A stretch of 63,119 nucleotides of DNA, the filler included, from Dicyema japonicum (Eukaryota; Animalia; Dicyemida), in NCBI GenBank assembly GCA_011109175.1. It is 6 parts of 6 records of this genome, joined end to end, with 100 filler letters (N's around TTAATTAATTAA, not from the genome) between each part and the next. Parts side by side here need not be neighbours in the genome. Positions count along the whole stretch, not along the records: positions 12,557 to 42,099 come from RDEW01000008.1; positions 42,200 to 45,373 come from RDEW01000066.1; positions 45,474 to 58,451 come from RDEW01000192.1; 3 more parts are not named here. The stretch is one strand, 5' to 3'. Of the stretch, positions 36,800-50,375 are shown piece by piece. The notes beneath the pieces are model-generated. The model was given only the letters and a program-made list of their open reading frames with translations. It was not told the origin of the DNA and did not search any database. Position 1 is the stretch's first letter; the number at the start of each line of letters is the position of its first letter. A program made the position numbers and the translations under genes.

Positions 36800-37400
36800 A
36801 TTTTCATGCCACTTTTAACTCCACTCTCAAATCCATGGGAATTAGGTAGGAGCAGAAGAACATTTGGCAAAGTTGCCGCCATACATTTTACAAAAACAAG
36901 GTGAAAAAATGTATGCAGTGGATCCTGAAGGGAGACCAATAAAACGTCTTGTCAGAGGGATACAGGGATCACTGAATGCGTTCATCGTCTCACGTGATTA
37001 TTTAGTCTTCCCCGTTCCTCTGGAGTACATGAGTAAGTTGATTGAATCGGGAGATTCTATTAAATTTCTTAAACTATCTAAAGTTATGGATTCTAAGTGA
37101 ATCAACTCAAATCCCTAATCTTGAAGTAGCACTATGAAGGGACTCAAATGAGAATCATCTGCTTTTAGGAAAGTAAAAGGATTGCTAGATTGATATTTCT
37201 TGAATTGTAAAAGGTTATATCTCACTTGAACTTTGTTCAACTTGTATGCGATTGATTTGAGATAACTGTTCGATAAAAAACAAGTCTTTTCCCTCTTCAA
37301 TAATCTTGTAAACTTCTAGCTACAGTGCACAAGACTCAATGGAAACCCATTAGATCTAAAATGAATTATTGACTGTTTAATTATATCACGTAAAAGTTGG
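36800..37400 (-). pseudogene. Possible AMP-binding (acyl-CoA synthetase-like) fragment
   Basis: SPDSINLLMYSRGTGKTK resembles the YTSGTTGxPK signature. Stops present. Confidence 0.3.
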
Positions 37401-37889
37401 AGACAAAATTTGAGCAACATTTAATAAAAGCTCACTTTCAATAAACAATCGCTTNAATAATCTTGTAAACTTCTAGCTACACTCACGTGCAAGGAAGCTC
37501 AATGGAAACCCATTAGATCTAAAATTAATAATTGACTGTTTAATTATATCATGTAAAAGTTGGAGACAAAATTTGAGCAATATTTAAAAAAAGCTCACTT
37601 TCAATAAACAATCGCTTATCACTAACCTTATTTTTTTAGCATTTCTGTAACTTCACACGTAAACAGAGAATCAGTATGAGGACTATTTTCAGACATATTT
37701 AAAAGTAAATAAGACATATTTCAAAACTACTGACAGTAATATCATTCTAACAAACATTTTCTACATATTCTGTAATCTACATAATCAGCCTCCTCAATGC
37801 CACAATTCATGATTTAACATCAAAATTATAAGACAGCGAATATTTTTAAGAGGATTGTCGACATGTGTTTTAATGAAAAATGATATATT

Positions 37890-38470
37890 TAAGATAAAGT
37901 GGTGTAGCACCTCTCACTCGAACATTCAGGGTCCTGAGAAGCCCATAATGACAAGCTACGCAATACTTCGATTATATTGATGATCCAATGATTACACAAT
38001 ATTCTACGACAAAGATTTTCTTTTATGGCCGTTAATTCACCAATTTTTCCAATCATAAGGCCACAGAAATAATACAAATTAACCTGGACAGGCTTAATGC
38101 CTGGATAATGAAAAACCGGCTCGTGGTGAATGTAGAGAAGTCATCTACGTCACTTTTTACTTAGGACAAAAAATTGGGAAAAAAGACAGTCACCTTGAAG
38201 TTAAACAAGGTCGGTATCCCTTTCCACAAATGTCAAAGGATCCTGGGTGTGACAATTGATATGCATTTCTGTTTAACACCTTATGTAGAAAACATTCTAT
38301 TGAAATGCGAAAAGAAACTGAACGTATTGAAAAGTTTATCGGGAATATGGAAAAGTGGTACTCACCCAGTCTTGATGATCGTATACAAACAATACATCGA
38401 GCTTTATGAGACTAGACTCCAGATAACAGAAAGTTGGCCCTGAAAATTCAGACAGCCGTCCTGTACGTTC
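37890..38470 (+). mobile_element. LINE RT fragment
   Basis: LDRLNAWIMKNRLVVNVEKS, RILGVTID..LNVLKSLSG. Confidence 0.75.
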
Positions 38471-39199
38471 ATGCGCGGGCACGAAGGATGAACAAGGACA
38501 AAAATGAGGTCTGTTAGTATGCATCGGGATCACGTGATAATTAGTTTTGTTTTACCGTGGTCTTGGGTTAAATAAATTTAAAAAAAATCATAAAATAATT
38601 CAAAAATTGGGGATAAATTTATATTTTTATTCTAACAATCGTAATGATGGGGGGAAAGTCTTGTCATGGTTAAATATGAATAATTGTCAAATAATATTCT
38701 ATCGATGGGATTAGTAAAACACTCGAGGCAGTCATTCATAGAATATTCTGGATAAACACTCAATTTTGAAATTAAGTGACTTTGATTGGCTTTATTTAAG
38801 TTATTATTGGCTAAACATTAATTTTGGATTTGTGTACTTGCAACCCACGTGTTCATCATGGAATGGATTTATGCAAACTTTGGCCATCATCCAAATCACC
38901 CAGTCGAGTGTCTGGAAAGCGAAAATGTCTTACTATACATTCGTGGGGAATACCGCCCTTAATGGAGTCTTTAAGTAAAATAGAAATCTGCATAATATTT
39001 CCCGTCGCTTTTAGCTGCCAATTAAAAATACAGGAATGTTCATTAATACAACAAGTGGTCAGTAATCACAAAATTTATTATAATTACGATACAGAACCTC
39101 ACAGGTCATGTTATTCTATAACCAATCTCATATATTAGAATCAATCGTACTTTGTTGATATTTTAATAATAAAACTTTTTTTTAATTTTAATAACTTTA

Positions 39200-39570
39200 T
39201 TATCTAACAACAAAAAGTTAATAATTACAAAAAATTCCTTTCAGTCAAGGCTCAACGCTCTCAGAATTGAAAATCTATTTCCCACGACGATTTGAAAGGA
39301 TATTCGCTCGATAATCCAGTACTTCTCTCTAACATCTTTCTTCCTTGCGATAGGCGATCTGATAAGGTTCAACAGAGTCAGTGATCTGCTTCCAATATAA
39401 ACAAACGTGTGCTGGTCCCATACAGCAAAGTTTATCAAGCTCTTCGGCGACTTGCAGACTAAAGAAGGGAAATCTAAGAATGACATGTATCCTCCAGAGC
39501 ATTAGGTTCGCGAGAGGTAATTCTATTGAGTGCTCAATGCCGCAAGCCTTAATGGTGCCCTCGTCCTAAA
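39200..39570 (-). mobile_element. CRE-clade 3' end
   Basis: REKYWIIERISFQIVVGNRFSI. Confidence 0.75.
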
Positions 39571-40249
39571 AATTTGCCCTATTACCTATATTATGATTAT
39601 TAATAATTATCTCTTCAGTATTTTCGTCACAGAAGGTAGGAAGAGTAAATTCAACCAATTAGCTACATAGCACCACATAACGACAGGAGCTTCAATAAAA
39701 AATAAAATTTAAAAATAGTGATAGAAAAAAATTAATTAAAATATATTTATTAGGTAAAAAGAAAAGTTGGTTGTTATGGTGAGGTTTCATTATGGCATGC
39801 AGCTATTGAGAACGCAATGAGACTTATCTTTCGTGATCGCGATCCCAATGTTCTGGAACAGCCATTGTGTTATTCTATGCTCACACTTCCGCGCAAGCCG
39901 TCTGATTAACCCGATAAACTCAGACGTGTTATGATTAATACCGTCAGAATTAAAATATTATATTTTCCACTACAAATATAGTTTTTATGAATAAGAATAA
40001 AAATTGAAACTCGATCGCAATAAGAACTCCAAATTTCATATTCAAACTGTCCTATATTGTTCTTGTTAATGTGAATGCAATCTTTTCGAATAGGACTAAG
40101 CAAGGAATATTAATCTTGCACGTGTTTAATATTTTATCAGAAATCCGTCAATTCCATGAGTCCTGTTACATGAATAATTCTTTTCTCTGCGATTTTATTC
40201 AACTTCTAGCCTTCACTTATCTGTGGTGGTGTTTTGGCGCGTAATTGTA

Positions 40250-41200
40250 TAGCTAATTGTTCATTACCCGCGGACCTGAACTGAATAATTACTCATTACT
40301 ACGGAACCTCATCATGGAGCGACGTTCGCATCATGGAACAACACATATTGTACCCAAGAGACTTGACACGACATGCTCTCCATGCGGTTATACCAATGCA
40401 CGCAAATATAGACTTTTCTGTTCGTCTTGCGTGGACTTTTACACCTCGGAAACATAAAGATGTCTCAGGGGCTGCATGCTTGCTCTGCCTGTTGAACTGC
40501 AGTGTCTGCATAAGCACTGGTCGGAAAACCCAGACGATCATTCCAAACGAACCCGTTGAACCGAATGAGCCTCTGGACCTCAATGATATAGACAACTTAT
40601 TGCTTTTCTTGTCGGATCTAAGGAAAACCAGGAATATTTCAATCAGAACCCCAAGACTCGTCCGGATCCCCGAGGCTACATTCCTGGCCTCTGCAATTGA
40701 CGATGCTCTCACGTCCGACGACCAAGAAGCCTGGCTAAAACTCCTCAGTTTCGCCCTGATGGCACTTGGAATTCCATTTATCGACTCAAAAGAAGATCAA
40801 CGGAACACAGTAAAAAGTACGACACTATCGAACTCTCTTTCCTCAAAATGAAAACATCCAGGTTTTCCATATACATTCTCTTACCAAAACGGAAAACCTG
40901 AAACCAAAACATCCTGATCCCAATCCTCCGGTTTTTTTGAATTGCCCTTACACACTTGGAAAGAGTAAATCGTAAACTATTTGAAGGCGACGTCCTAGCG
41001 GCGTGCGCATCTTTGCTAGTGGCGATACTGTCATGGCCGACGCCTGAGGTGCTCGAACTATTCAGACGAAAAAAATCGTAAACTATTTGAAGGCGACGTC
41101 CTAGCGGCGTGCGCATCTTTGCTAGTGGCGATACTGTCATGGCCGACGCCTGAGGTGCTTGAACTATTCAGACGAAAACATCCATGTCCCCCGGCAAATC
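40250..41200 (+). mobile_element. CRE-clade element 5' region (degenerate PHD-like Cys cluster plus pre-RT region)
   Basis: CSPC..LFCSSC..H..NCSVC, RIP..DDQEAWLKLLSFA, KLFEGDV.AA, FRRKHP. Homologous to 13500-14000. Confidence 0.8.
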
Positions 41201-41624
41201 ATTTACAAAACTGGTTATGCTTATTTTGAAAGGAATATTCCTTCTTAGGCGATCGATGTGATTCATATTTAGTTGAGGTTCATTGAGCAATCTCAACTAA
41301 AATATTATACTTAGCAGATTCTCCACTTCCATTCTATTTAATAAAATTGCCATAAAGAATAAAAATAACTTTAAAATAAGAATCTCGTCTATTTTTAGTC
41401 ATTTTAATTATTTAAGATCGATGTGATTCATATTTAGTTGAGGTTCATTGAGCAATCTCAACTAAAATATTATACTTAGCAGATTCTCCACTTCCATTCT
41501 ATTTAATAAAATTGCCATAAAGAATAAAAATAACTTTAAAATAAGAATCTCGTCTATTTTTAGTCATTTTAATTATTTAATCAAATTATTTTTAATCAAA
41601 TCTCGTAACCAAAAGGTGAAAAAT

Positions 41625-41945
41625 TAGCCGCGTGGCGCCATGTGGTGTTGCGTGGTTAATTGGTTGAAGTTTTCTGCTTTCTTGTCTGTTCCTCCTCTCT
41701 CTTCCTAATAGAGTGGCGTCATGTGATCCACCTGTCTAGGTGACCCCCAGTGCCAGGCCGGCACGAAAAAGGATCATTTGCTCTTCCCCACTTTACTGGA
41801 GGGGTTTCCACAACTGCATGTAATGGACGTCTTACCCTTTATGCTGATTCCGGATGGACTCTGTTTCTGTAGAAGTGGAAACTGGATACACTTAATTAGT
41901 TGGTTACTTTAACATCTTTCTCGGTTTATCCGGGGTTAATAAATT
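41625..41945 (+). mobile_element. Short GC-richer element ending in a LINE-type tail (GGGGTTAATAA)
   Basis: The tail resembles the LINE ends at 6775-6830 and 26085-26145. Internal hairpins present. Confidence 0.4.
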
Positions 41946-44165
41946 TAAAAAAATCAAAAAGGTGCGAGCCTCTAATTGAGGTAGAAGCTCGAAATGGCGA
42001 TTATCGAGGAAACGCCTTCGCCATTCTGTTGTCCTAATTATTGTCTAAATTTATATATTTCTTTCTTTAATAAACAAAATTATTATGCCAAATCGGCTGN
42101 NNNNNNNNNNNNNNNNNNNNNNNNNNNNNNNNNNNNNNNNNNNTTAATTAATTAANNNNNNNNNNNNNNNNNNNNNNNNNNNNNNNNNNNNNNNNNNNNT
42201 ATCACAAGTATTTGATAGCCAACGGAGGACTTGGTCAGAATAATGTTGGGAGCCTGATTCCTACATAGGAAGGAGTGCCTCGAACGGAGTTGTGGATAAA
42301 CCTTCCTTCTCTTTGACGGGCTTTCACTCCGAGACATTTACCATCAAGGGAGAGACATTAGTTTGAAATTTAAAATGTACTCATTACGAAACATTTTTAT
42401 TTTAAGGATTTTTATAAAAAAATATAGATATTTGATTATCAAAGTTGAAAGTCCACTCATATGGGCATTTTAGAGATTTCGGTCACTTTATAAAATTGAT
42501 TGGACGTATTTTTAAATATTGGTTAACAACCGATAAAACAAAGAAAAATTTGGTTAACAACCGATAGAACAAAGCCCTTCATACTTTGTGTGATTAATAA
42601 TGGATAGAAGCAATAAGAGTTATTCAAAGTAAATGGTATCCTTTAAGATCATATTTAAGGTACGTTTAAAATACTGATTACCAAAATCCAACATTTCCAG
42701 ATTATTTAAGTACACGCGTATATAATATCTAGAGAATCCATCTTCCAATTCTGAATAACTGCAAAAACCGTAGTAATATACGTATCGACGATGATTTTTT
42801 TCAGGTTGAGTGTTTCAAAACTCGAAAGTCTTTGTAGTATAGACAACAACATTCCATTGCTTACAAAAAACTGTTTATTTTTCACAACCATAATAAAATC
42901 TGCAAATTTAAAAATATATTTCAATTTACTCCACTGATGGATAGCTGCTAAAAAATTATTTAACGATTTCAAAAATTGTTGATTTGACGTTCTGTGATAA
43001 AATTATTATTAGCGGCAAACATAAACTCTCCTATGTTGTGAACTCGTCCTCTGAAAATGTAGACCGAATCAATACTAGTCTGTCGTGTAAAAACTTATTT
43101 ATCATGAACTCAGGGAATTCAAATCACGGTATAGCAATTCATTATATGATAAATCTACATTTGAAGAGTTTATAACCTTTGGCGTTATCAATTCTATAAA
43201 AAATCATGGATAATTTGTATTTTGAAACCAAACCAGTTAATTCCGATCTCTTTTCTGACCGCCATACTTATTTCCAGTTAGTATTTTCAAAATTGCTGAA
43301 TTAGTAAAACTATATTCTATCATATTGTACATTCCGTATGCCCGAATCCAACAATGGTTTCGTGACTTTTATTCTACTCAATCAAATATCAAAACTTACA
43401 TGATTTATATTGGATGAATTTAATAATCTCTAGATCGAACAATTAGTGAATCATTCGGTGTCAACAATGGCTAGTCAGGTAATTGAAATTCAACCACAGT
43501 TTCTAGGTCTTCTAAGAAGATCATGACATTTTTATCCTATCATTCGGTGTCAACAATGGCTAGTCAGGTAATTGAAATTCAACCACAGTTTCTAGGTCTT
43601 CTAAGAAGATCATGACATTTTTATCCTTGTAGGGTATCAGTTTTTTATAAAAAAGTAGTCTACAACGATCTGTTCTACAAAATGTCCTTAGTTTAACATA
43701 AACTATCGTTTTATATATAAACCCGATTTATTGATCAAATAGAAAGAAAAAAATCAACCAAGAAAATATTGGTGGATAAATGTTTAAGTAAATTAAAAAT
43801 TGAACTGTTCTCTATCGGAATAATGCGAATTTTTGGAAACTCTAATTAATATTTAATACTCAAAGATAATAAAACGTATACGAAAACAATAATCCTTCCA
43901 AACATTAAATATGGAGAATATTACAGATGTGGGTATATCTCCGTAAATTTTGAAAATAATAATTCTCTCATAATAAATTCTTTGATGGTAGAATATTTCA
44001 CTAAATTTTCAAGTTCATACTTTATTGGAAAAGGTTTGAATATAATTTAATTCAGCAAATGACTGTGATCCATCAAACGATCCAAATGTTCGATATTGGT
44101 ATTTTATTGCCGATAATCGACTGAAAGCTATATTAAGTGGGCGTTTTAAAATCACGTTTTATAAA

Positions 44166-44725
44166 NTTAGGATCGAGCGACGTATGTTTCCAGTAGTAAG
44201 AGATAACCGTAATGTTAGACTTCCCAGAAGATATATTCATGCAGTTCTTGAGGATTGAATAATGTCGGTTATAGTAGGGATCCTTTAGGGAAGGTATTGT
44301 AGTTTTGATTTTCGATTGTTCATCCATGTAAAGCCCATTGTCTACGAGACGAGGGGAGTATTTGGGCCCAAGATGGTCTCTTTTCTAATATATCGAAAGT
44401 GAGTAATGAAAGTCAGGGAGACCAAATGGCTGTTCCAAAGGATTTCTCTGGTAGTTGTCAGGGAAAACAGCCATTCTATCCAATCAGTTGGATTATTTTG
44501 TTATAATAACTGTTCTTTACTTAAATAAAGTGTGTGTCCTGTCTGAGCGGACTATAGCTAATATGGCTCCTCATATATGTGCCTGGCTGAATATAACGTC
44601 CGATGACATCGGATCTGAAGGTCGTGGGTTCAAATCCGAAAGATGGAGTTTTCAGCGAAGATCAATTCTTGTCAAACAGATCCCACCCGTGAAGCGACGA
44701 GTCTTTCTGGCACGACACAGTTGTT
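44166..44725. mobile_element. Cluster of TE scraps: LINE RT (-), CRE 3' end (+), SINE tail (+), tRNA-like head (+)
   Basis: NISSGKSNITV; HVKPIVYETRGVFGP..WLFQRISL; TTAAATAAAGTGTGTGTCCTG; B-box-like GGGTTCAAATCC. Confidence 0.65.
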
Positions 44726-46267
44726 AAAAAAGATCTAAATCTGATGATTTTCGTGAAAATCATTTTAACCACATGAGTATAGTTTAATAAAGACAAGTCT
44801 CTTAATGTTATTAACAGTGTTTTATGAAAATCAAAATTTAGACTTTCTAACATGGGAACCGTACACATGTGACCTATAAAAATAGAAAATATGCTTAGGA
44901 GTATCATTTTCAAAGTGGATAAACTGTTCATCCCCTATCCTCGAACAAGGACTTCAATTTCATACTATAAGGAAAAGGAACATGCTCAAACGATCAGAAT
45001 CGCATGATGCAGATACGCTTGAATCTTAGAAAACTTAACATCTCCATTTCACGGACTGCAAAATAAATGAAAATGGAAATGATGGATGACATTGTGACAT
45101 TCCAGTGATGGATCCTCAAAGTCATGAAGAATCGGTCCCTGTTAACGATAGATAGCGGAGGATAAGAATTTTGTCTCATAGGGAGTATCTTTCCATTGTT
45201 AGATAAACTCCATAGTTTGTGAGCTGGATGATCCGGAATTTAGCACTTTTTAAGAACTGCAGGCCGAACACGATTATTATAATTACTCTTAGGATCACTG
45301 GGTCAAAGAGAAAGAAGTAAAAGTTCTCATCTAACTAAGTGATCCCAGACCAACAAAGGAGAGGACGAGTCCGNNNNNNNNNNNNNNNNNNNNNNNNNNN
45401 NNNNNNNNNNNNNNNNNTTAATTAATTAANNNNNNNNNNNNNNNNNNNNNNNNNNNNNNNNNNNNNNNNNNNNCAACATGATATAATCATTAATTAAGTG
45501 ATTTTAGAATAAAATTTACAGAGTATATAATTATGAGTATCCAAGGAAAGTCTCTCACACAGAAGTTCTCTTCTCAATTCGATTTCATTTGAAAAATGAT
45601 GCAGAAGTCTTGGGAATTAACATCACCAAACTTTTTTCGACTATACTCTTTATCTTTATCGGTAACTATAGAATTCAAAATCAATAAATCAAAGATCAAG
45701 TTAATTAAGACATCTCTAAAAATTATTAAACTTATGTTTGATAGCGATTTGGGTCTTAAAATCGCCTATGGAGTAAATGAACAAATGCTGGGTAAACTTA
45801 TACGAGACTTCTCATTAATGATTTTATAAAACTGAAAAATTCCGAAAATAAAAATGATTGAAAAATTATTTCTAGCAAACCCATAACATATTAAAATAAA
45901 CGTTACCGTAGTTTAATCCTATCTATTTCATAACAATCTCAGAGTAAGCAGTTATGATTATCCAAGTTAATGACAAATTATAAAATTACAAGATGTTAGA
46001 TAAACTTATATATGTAGCATTTTTGAATATGTGAACGATATTTTGTTAACATGAAAATTACTTGATATTAATCTTATCTCGAAAAATAATGACATTCAAC
46101 AATTTTTTGTTTCATTTAAAATAAGAGAGTACCATGATTAGAAGATTGCTAATACAAGAGCGAATCATTAGAGGCAACGAAATTTTATGTTTGAAATAAA
46201 AGTTATTTTCTATAAATAGTTTGAATTCTTTTATATATTTATAAACGACTGATACTGAGATTGAAAA

Positions 46268-46634
46268 ATGATTTTTATTAGCACCATTCTATTTATTTTC
46301 ATGATAAAATCAAACATCATCCCGCCTACAACGGGTTTAATAATTAAATAATTTGAGTAGATCTAGAAACTGAAGGGAAAACAGGTTCTATGTTTGAATA
46401 ATTCTTATAGTTCTCGGACAGGTTTTATGATGTATTAATTTCAGTCTCAACCAAAGAATCAACAACAGGTTTATAATTTAATTATGCGTTAGAATCGACA
46501 ATCTCGTCAAGTTAATTATCTGATAATTTCTCTTAGGTAACATATGGCCTTCCAGAATTAGTATAATGTTCGCTTATTTTAAATGTTGGTGTCGATCTGT
46601 TGAACACACGTTTAGTCATTTTTTAACTGAATAA
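46268..46634 (+). CDS. Candidate secreted micro-exon gene
   Basis: Hydrophobic leader exon 46268-46334 (MIFISTILFIFMI), then exons of 24, 11, 24 and 18 nt and a last exon. Five GT-AG introns of 26, 26, 23, 24 and 26 nt. The spliced frame is open. Confidence 0.55.
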
Positions 46635-49600
46635 TGACATCAATGATCGCTTTTTCTGGTTATTAATAAATGGGTTTATTTGAATCAGGATTTTTATTAG
46701 TAGCACTTAGCTATGCCATAAGACGTTAAAAAATGTGAAAAACTGAAATCATCTATAAGTTGGTTTTATCAATTTCTGACGACATCATTCTATATCCCTT
46801 AGCCTGTTAAGGTATTCCCCATCACTTAAGGTCTTCATCAAAAACGATTGTTAGGATTGTACTCCGTCTACCACAAACCAAAATAGTCTCTAATGGTAAC
46901 GAATCTACTCTCAGACGAATTATATGTCCAAGCAGTCACCATCCAGCCTCACGAATGCGTGATCTCGTACGATTCAAGGTTCTAGCAAAAATTCATTATC
47001 CTTTAAGTAAAATGAGATACTCTTTGGAATCTCTTCTATAAAAAAGTTCTGAAATTCGATAAGTTACTCAAGATCCACAGCAATGGCTGCGAAATTAAAT
47101 TTACGTTTATCAAAATTCTCTAGTGAACTATCGTCTCATTTAATCTTCCAAGAATGTTTCGAAGGGACTCCTTAATAATCTCAGTGGCCCTTAACCGAAA
47201 ATATAAAGGCTTTGACTAATCATACCACAGACTGAGGAAGATCAGTTTTCTAAATTAAAAATAATAAATACAATCTCAATCATTATGAATGGCATTCCAG
47301 AAACAATTCGTGCATTAAATCAGTAAAACTTATCTTTTAATTGCTCACATGTGAACAATCTCCAACAGAATTCTAGAGATTTTATACATATCCATTATTT
47401 ATTCCCTACATCTTGTATCAGACATTGAATTCGAATCTTTAATTTTACTTCATCAAACCTAGCAACACATCACTAGAAAAAATTCTCATATCTGTGAATA
47501 ATCCAAAGGCATTCAATTTCGTTTCTCAGAAAATACGCACAAATATTAGATAAAAAATATTCATCTCAACAAATGTTCTGAAACTTAATAAGCGAATGAT
47601 GGATAAGTAATCTTTAATAACATGAAATAGTAGTCACGTTTGTTGTCTAGTTGAGTTGCCAAATAATCTCCAGTATTGCAGGTACTCAATTTCAAACTGT
47701 TCTCAATTTCAAACAATTTTGGCATACTCTTTATACAGACAGAGACGAAGCTTAGTTCTCTGTCGTCCATAAAAACCCCCAGTTACATTTCGATTGAAAA
47801 ATCTCCCATAATGAAATTACTTGGTCTCACCGTGATTGTGGCACAAAAAATTGCCTGGGAGAATTGATCACTTCATCGCTAATCGTCCCGGATTTAATGG
47901 CTTGTCAAAAATCCTTTTGTTTAATTTCTTAGACCAGGAGATTATACATCTTTTGTCAACCGAATTCTGTGGAATCTGCCATGTTGTTAAAACCTGCTTT
48001 CAATTTTAATCTATAGACTTATGCCAACGATGGCTTCAAATCTGTCAAAATCGACGTTGATTCAGATAAATATCAGACAACAGAACTTGACCGACTCATA
48101 GTTATAATAGGCAAGGTTTTTTAAGACACGTTAATAGAGCTATGTGCCTCAGATTCTTAAGTAGGCTTGCACTTTTATCGGGTTTTTGTATAAGCAATAA
48201 TATTCCTGCTGAAATATCAAAGGGTCAGTGATTCTTTAATATTTCCTTGAACAAAGAGGATATTTATTTGATTATTTAGTAAGTCTGTATTATATAGTTC
48301 TCCACAAATATTGTTGATTCTGTTATTAGCTACAAACGAGTTCTTGCTTAATTATGTACATGCAAATGTGCAGCCTTACTCGAAATTTCTCGAAGGTCCA
48401 AATTGGCTGATTCGCGAGGATATACTACTATAGGCATTTTTTGAGAAATTATCAATTATAAGAATCAAAAGAGGTAATACAACAGAATTAAATTAACATT
48501 ATAAGAAAATCTATTCTCTACTTATGTGCACTAATGTTTACTCTGTAATCACTATTAAAAATGCTTACACAGAAGACGTTTAGTAATAAAACACATAAAA
48601 ATTTTCACTCTTTAAGTTATTTCAGACAAAAATTTTAACACAAGTATTTTGACCATTTGGTAAAGGTTTACTTCCTATACTATATCCAATTTAACTTTAT
48701 TCAATAAAGCTTTGTCAGCCGATGATCCAGTAGAAGCAAAATTATTTATCTTTTTATTCAGTTGCATTATTTTGCCGGAAATTCTTTGACTTTAATGCAG
48801 AAAATCAGGTCATTTGATTTTTTAATTCATAGCAGCACATCTTAAAATGGATAATATTCCCATCGAACGAAGCTTTAGATGATTACTTGTATGTCAAAGA
48901 GACGATTTTGTCTAAGTCTAAGCGTAACATTGTCAGTTGTCTTCATATGGACCTTAAAAAATAAAAAAAAAACAAATCTGATCCACCTATGAGATCTTAA
49001 CAAAAACGAAAGATACCTCATTTCTGGTTTATTGTACTATTCAGCTTTAATCTTCAGATATCCAATTATCAGTCCAAATTATACAAGGGATTTAGCCTTA
49101 TTTCTGTCCGATATTGTAAGTTTGCAACAGATAATCTGATGCCCTACTTTTCAAATCTTTCAACCGTAAATTTTTCTCACAATATCGTTCCAAGATATTC
49201 TTCCAACTTTACTTGTACATAATTAATTAAGAGCTAGTTAGTATCAATAACAGAATCAACAATATCTGTGGAGAACTAATAATTTACACTCTCACTCAAT
49301 CATCAAAAAATATATATGTTCAACAAAATATTAAAGTTTTACTGACCCTTTAATATAACAACAGGAATATTACTGCTTATTCAAAAACCTGATAAAAGTG
49401 CAGGCCCGATTAAGAATCTGAGGCGGATAGTTCTATTAAGGTCTCTCAAAAACCTTCCCTATTATAACTATGAGTCGGTCAAGTTCTGTTGTCTGATATT
49501 TATCTAAGCCAAAGTCGATTTTAACAGATTTGAAGCTTTCGTTGGTTTACGGCTATATATCAAAATCAAAAGCAGGTATGAACAACTATGCAGACACCAA

Positions 49601-50375
49601 AGAAATCGATCAAGAATAGTTATAGGGATAAACTGGTTAAAGAAATTAAACAATAGGACTCTTTACTAGCCATGTATATGCGGGACGATTAGAGAGGAAG
49701 TGATCAATTTCGCTGGCGATTTTTTTGTGACACAATCTCGGTGATACCAAGTAATTTCATTATGGGAAATTTTTTCAATAGAAATGCATCTTGGGGCTTT
49801 TGTGGACTACAGAGAACTAAGCTTCCTCTCTCTGGTTCAAGAGTATACCAAAATTGGTTGAAAATATGAACAGTGTACCACCTAATGAATTACGCAAGCG
49901 TGTTTTGAAGAAGGTTGTATAAAGAACACTGCTAAAACTGATGGCAAGATTGCGAAAAAGTGAAACACTAAGAATAAATTCAATTCAAAGATGTCTTTGT
50001 CAAACTAACACAAGTATTTTGACCACTTGGATAAAGGTTTACTTCTTACACTATATCCATTATCACTTTATTCAATAACGTTAAATCATCCGTTGATCCA
50101 GGAGAAGCAAAATTATTTCTTCCAATTCAGTTGCATCATTTTGTAGGAATTTCTCACATTTGTGGTTGAGAATAGATTTCGAAAGTTAAGAATATTATCT
50201 CATAGGCTCATCTTTGACTTTAATGCAGAAATCAGGTCATTTGAAATTTTTTAATTCATAGCAGCACATCTTAGGATGATAATATTCCCATCGAACAAAG
50301 CTTTAGGTGATTACTTGTCTTCAAAAAAGACGATTTCGTCTAAGTCTAAACGTAACATTGTTAGTTGTCTTCATA

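Noticed and set aside
38700-39140. DNA transposase-like fragment (SWNGFMQ..)
   Set aside because: Only vague recollected similarity and no catalytic motif.
42600-44130. Receptor L-domain or LRR gene fragment
   Set aside because: Weak motifs on conflicting strands and no consistent exon model.
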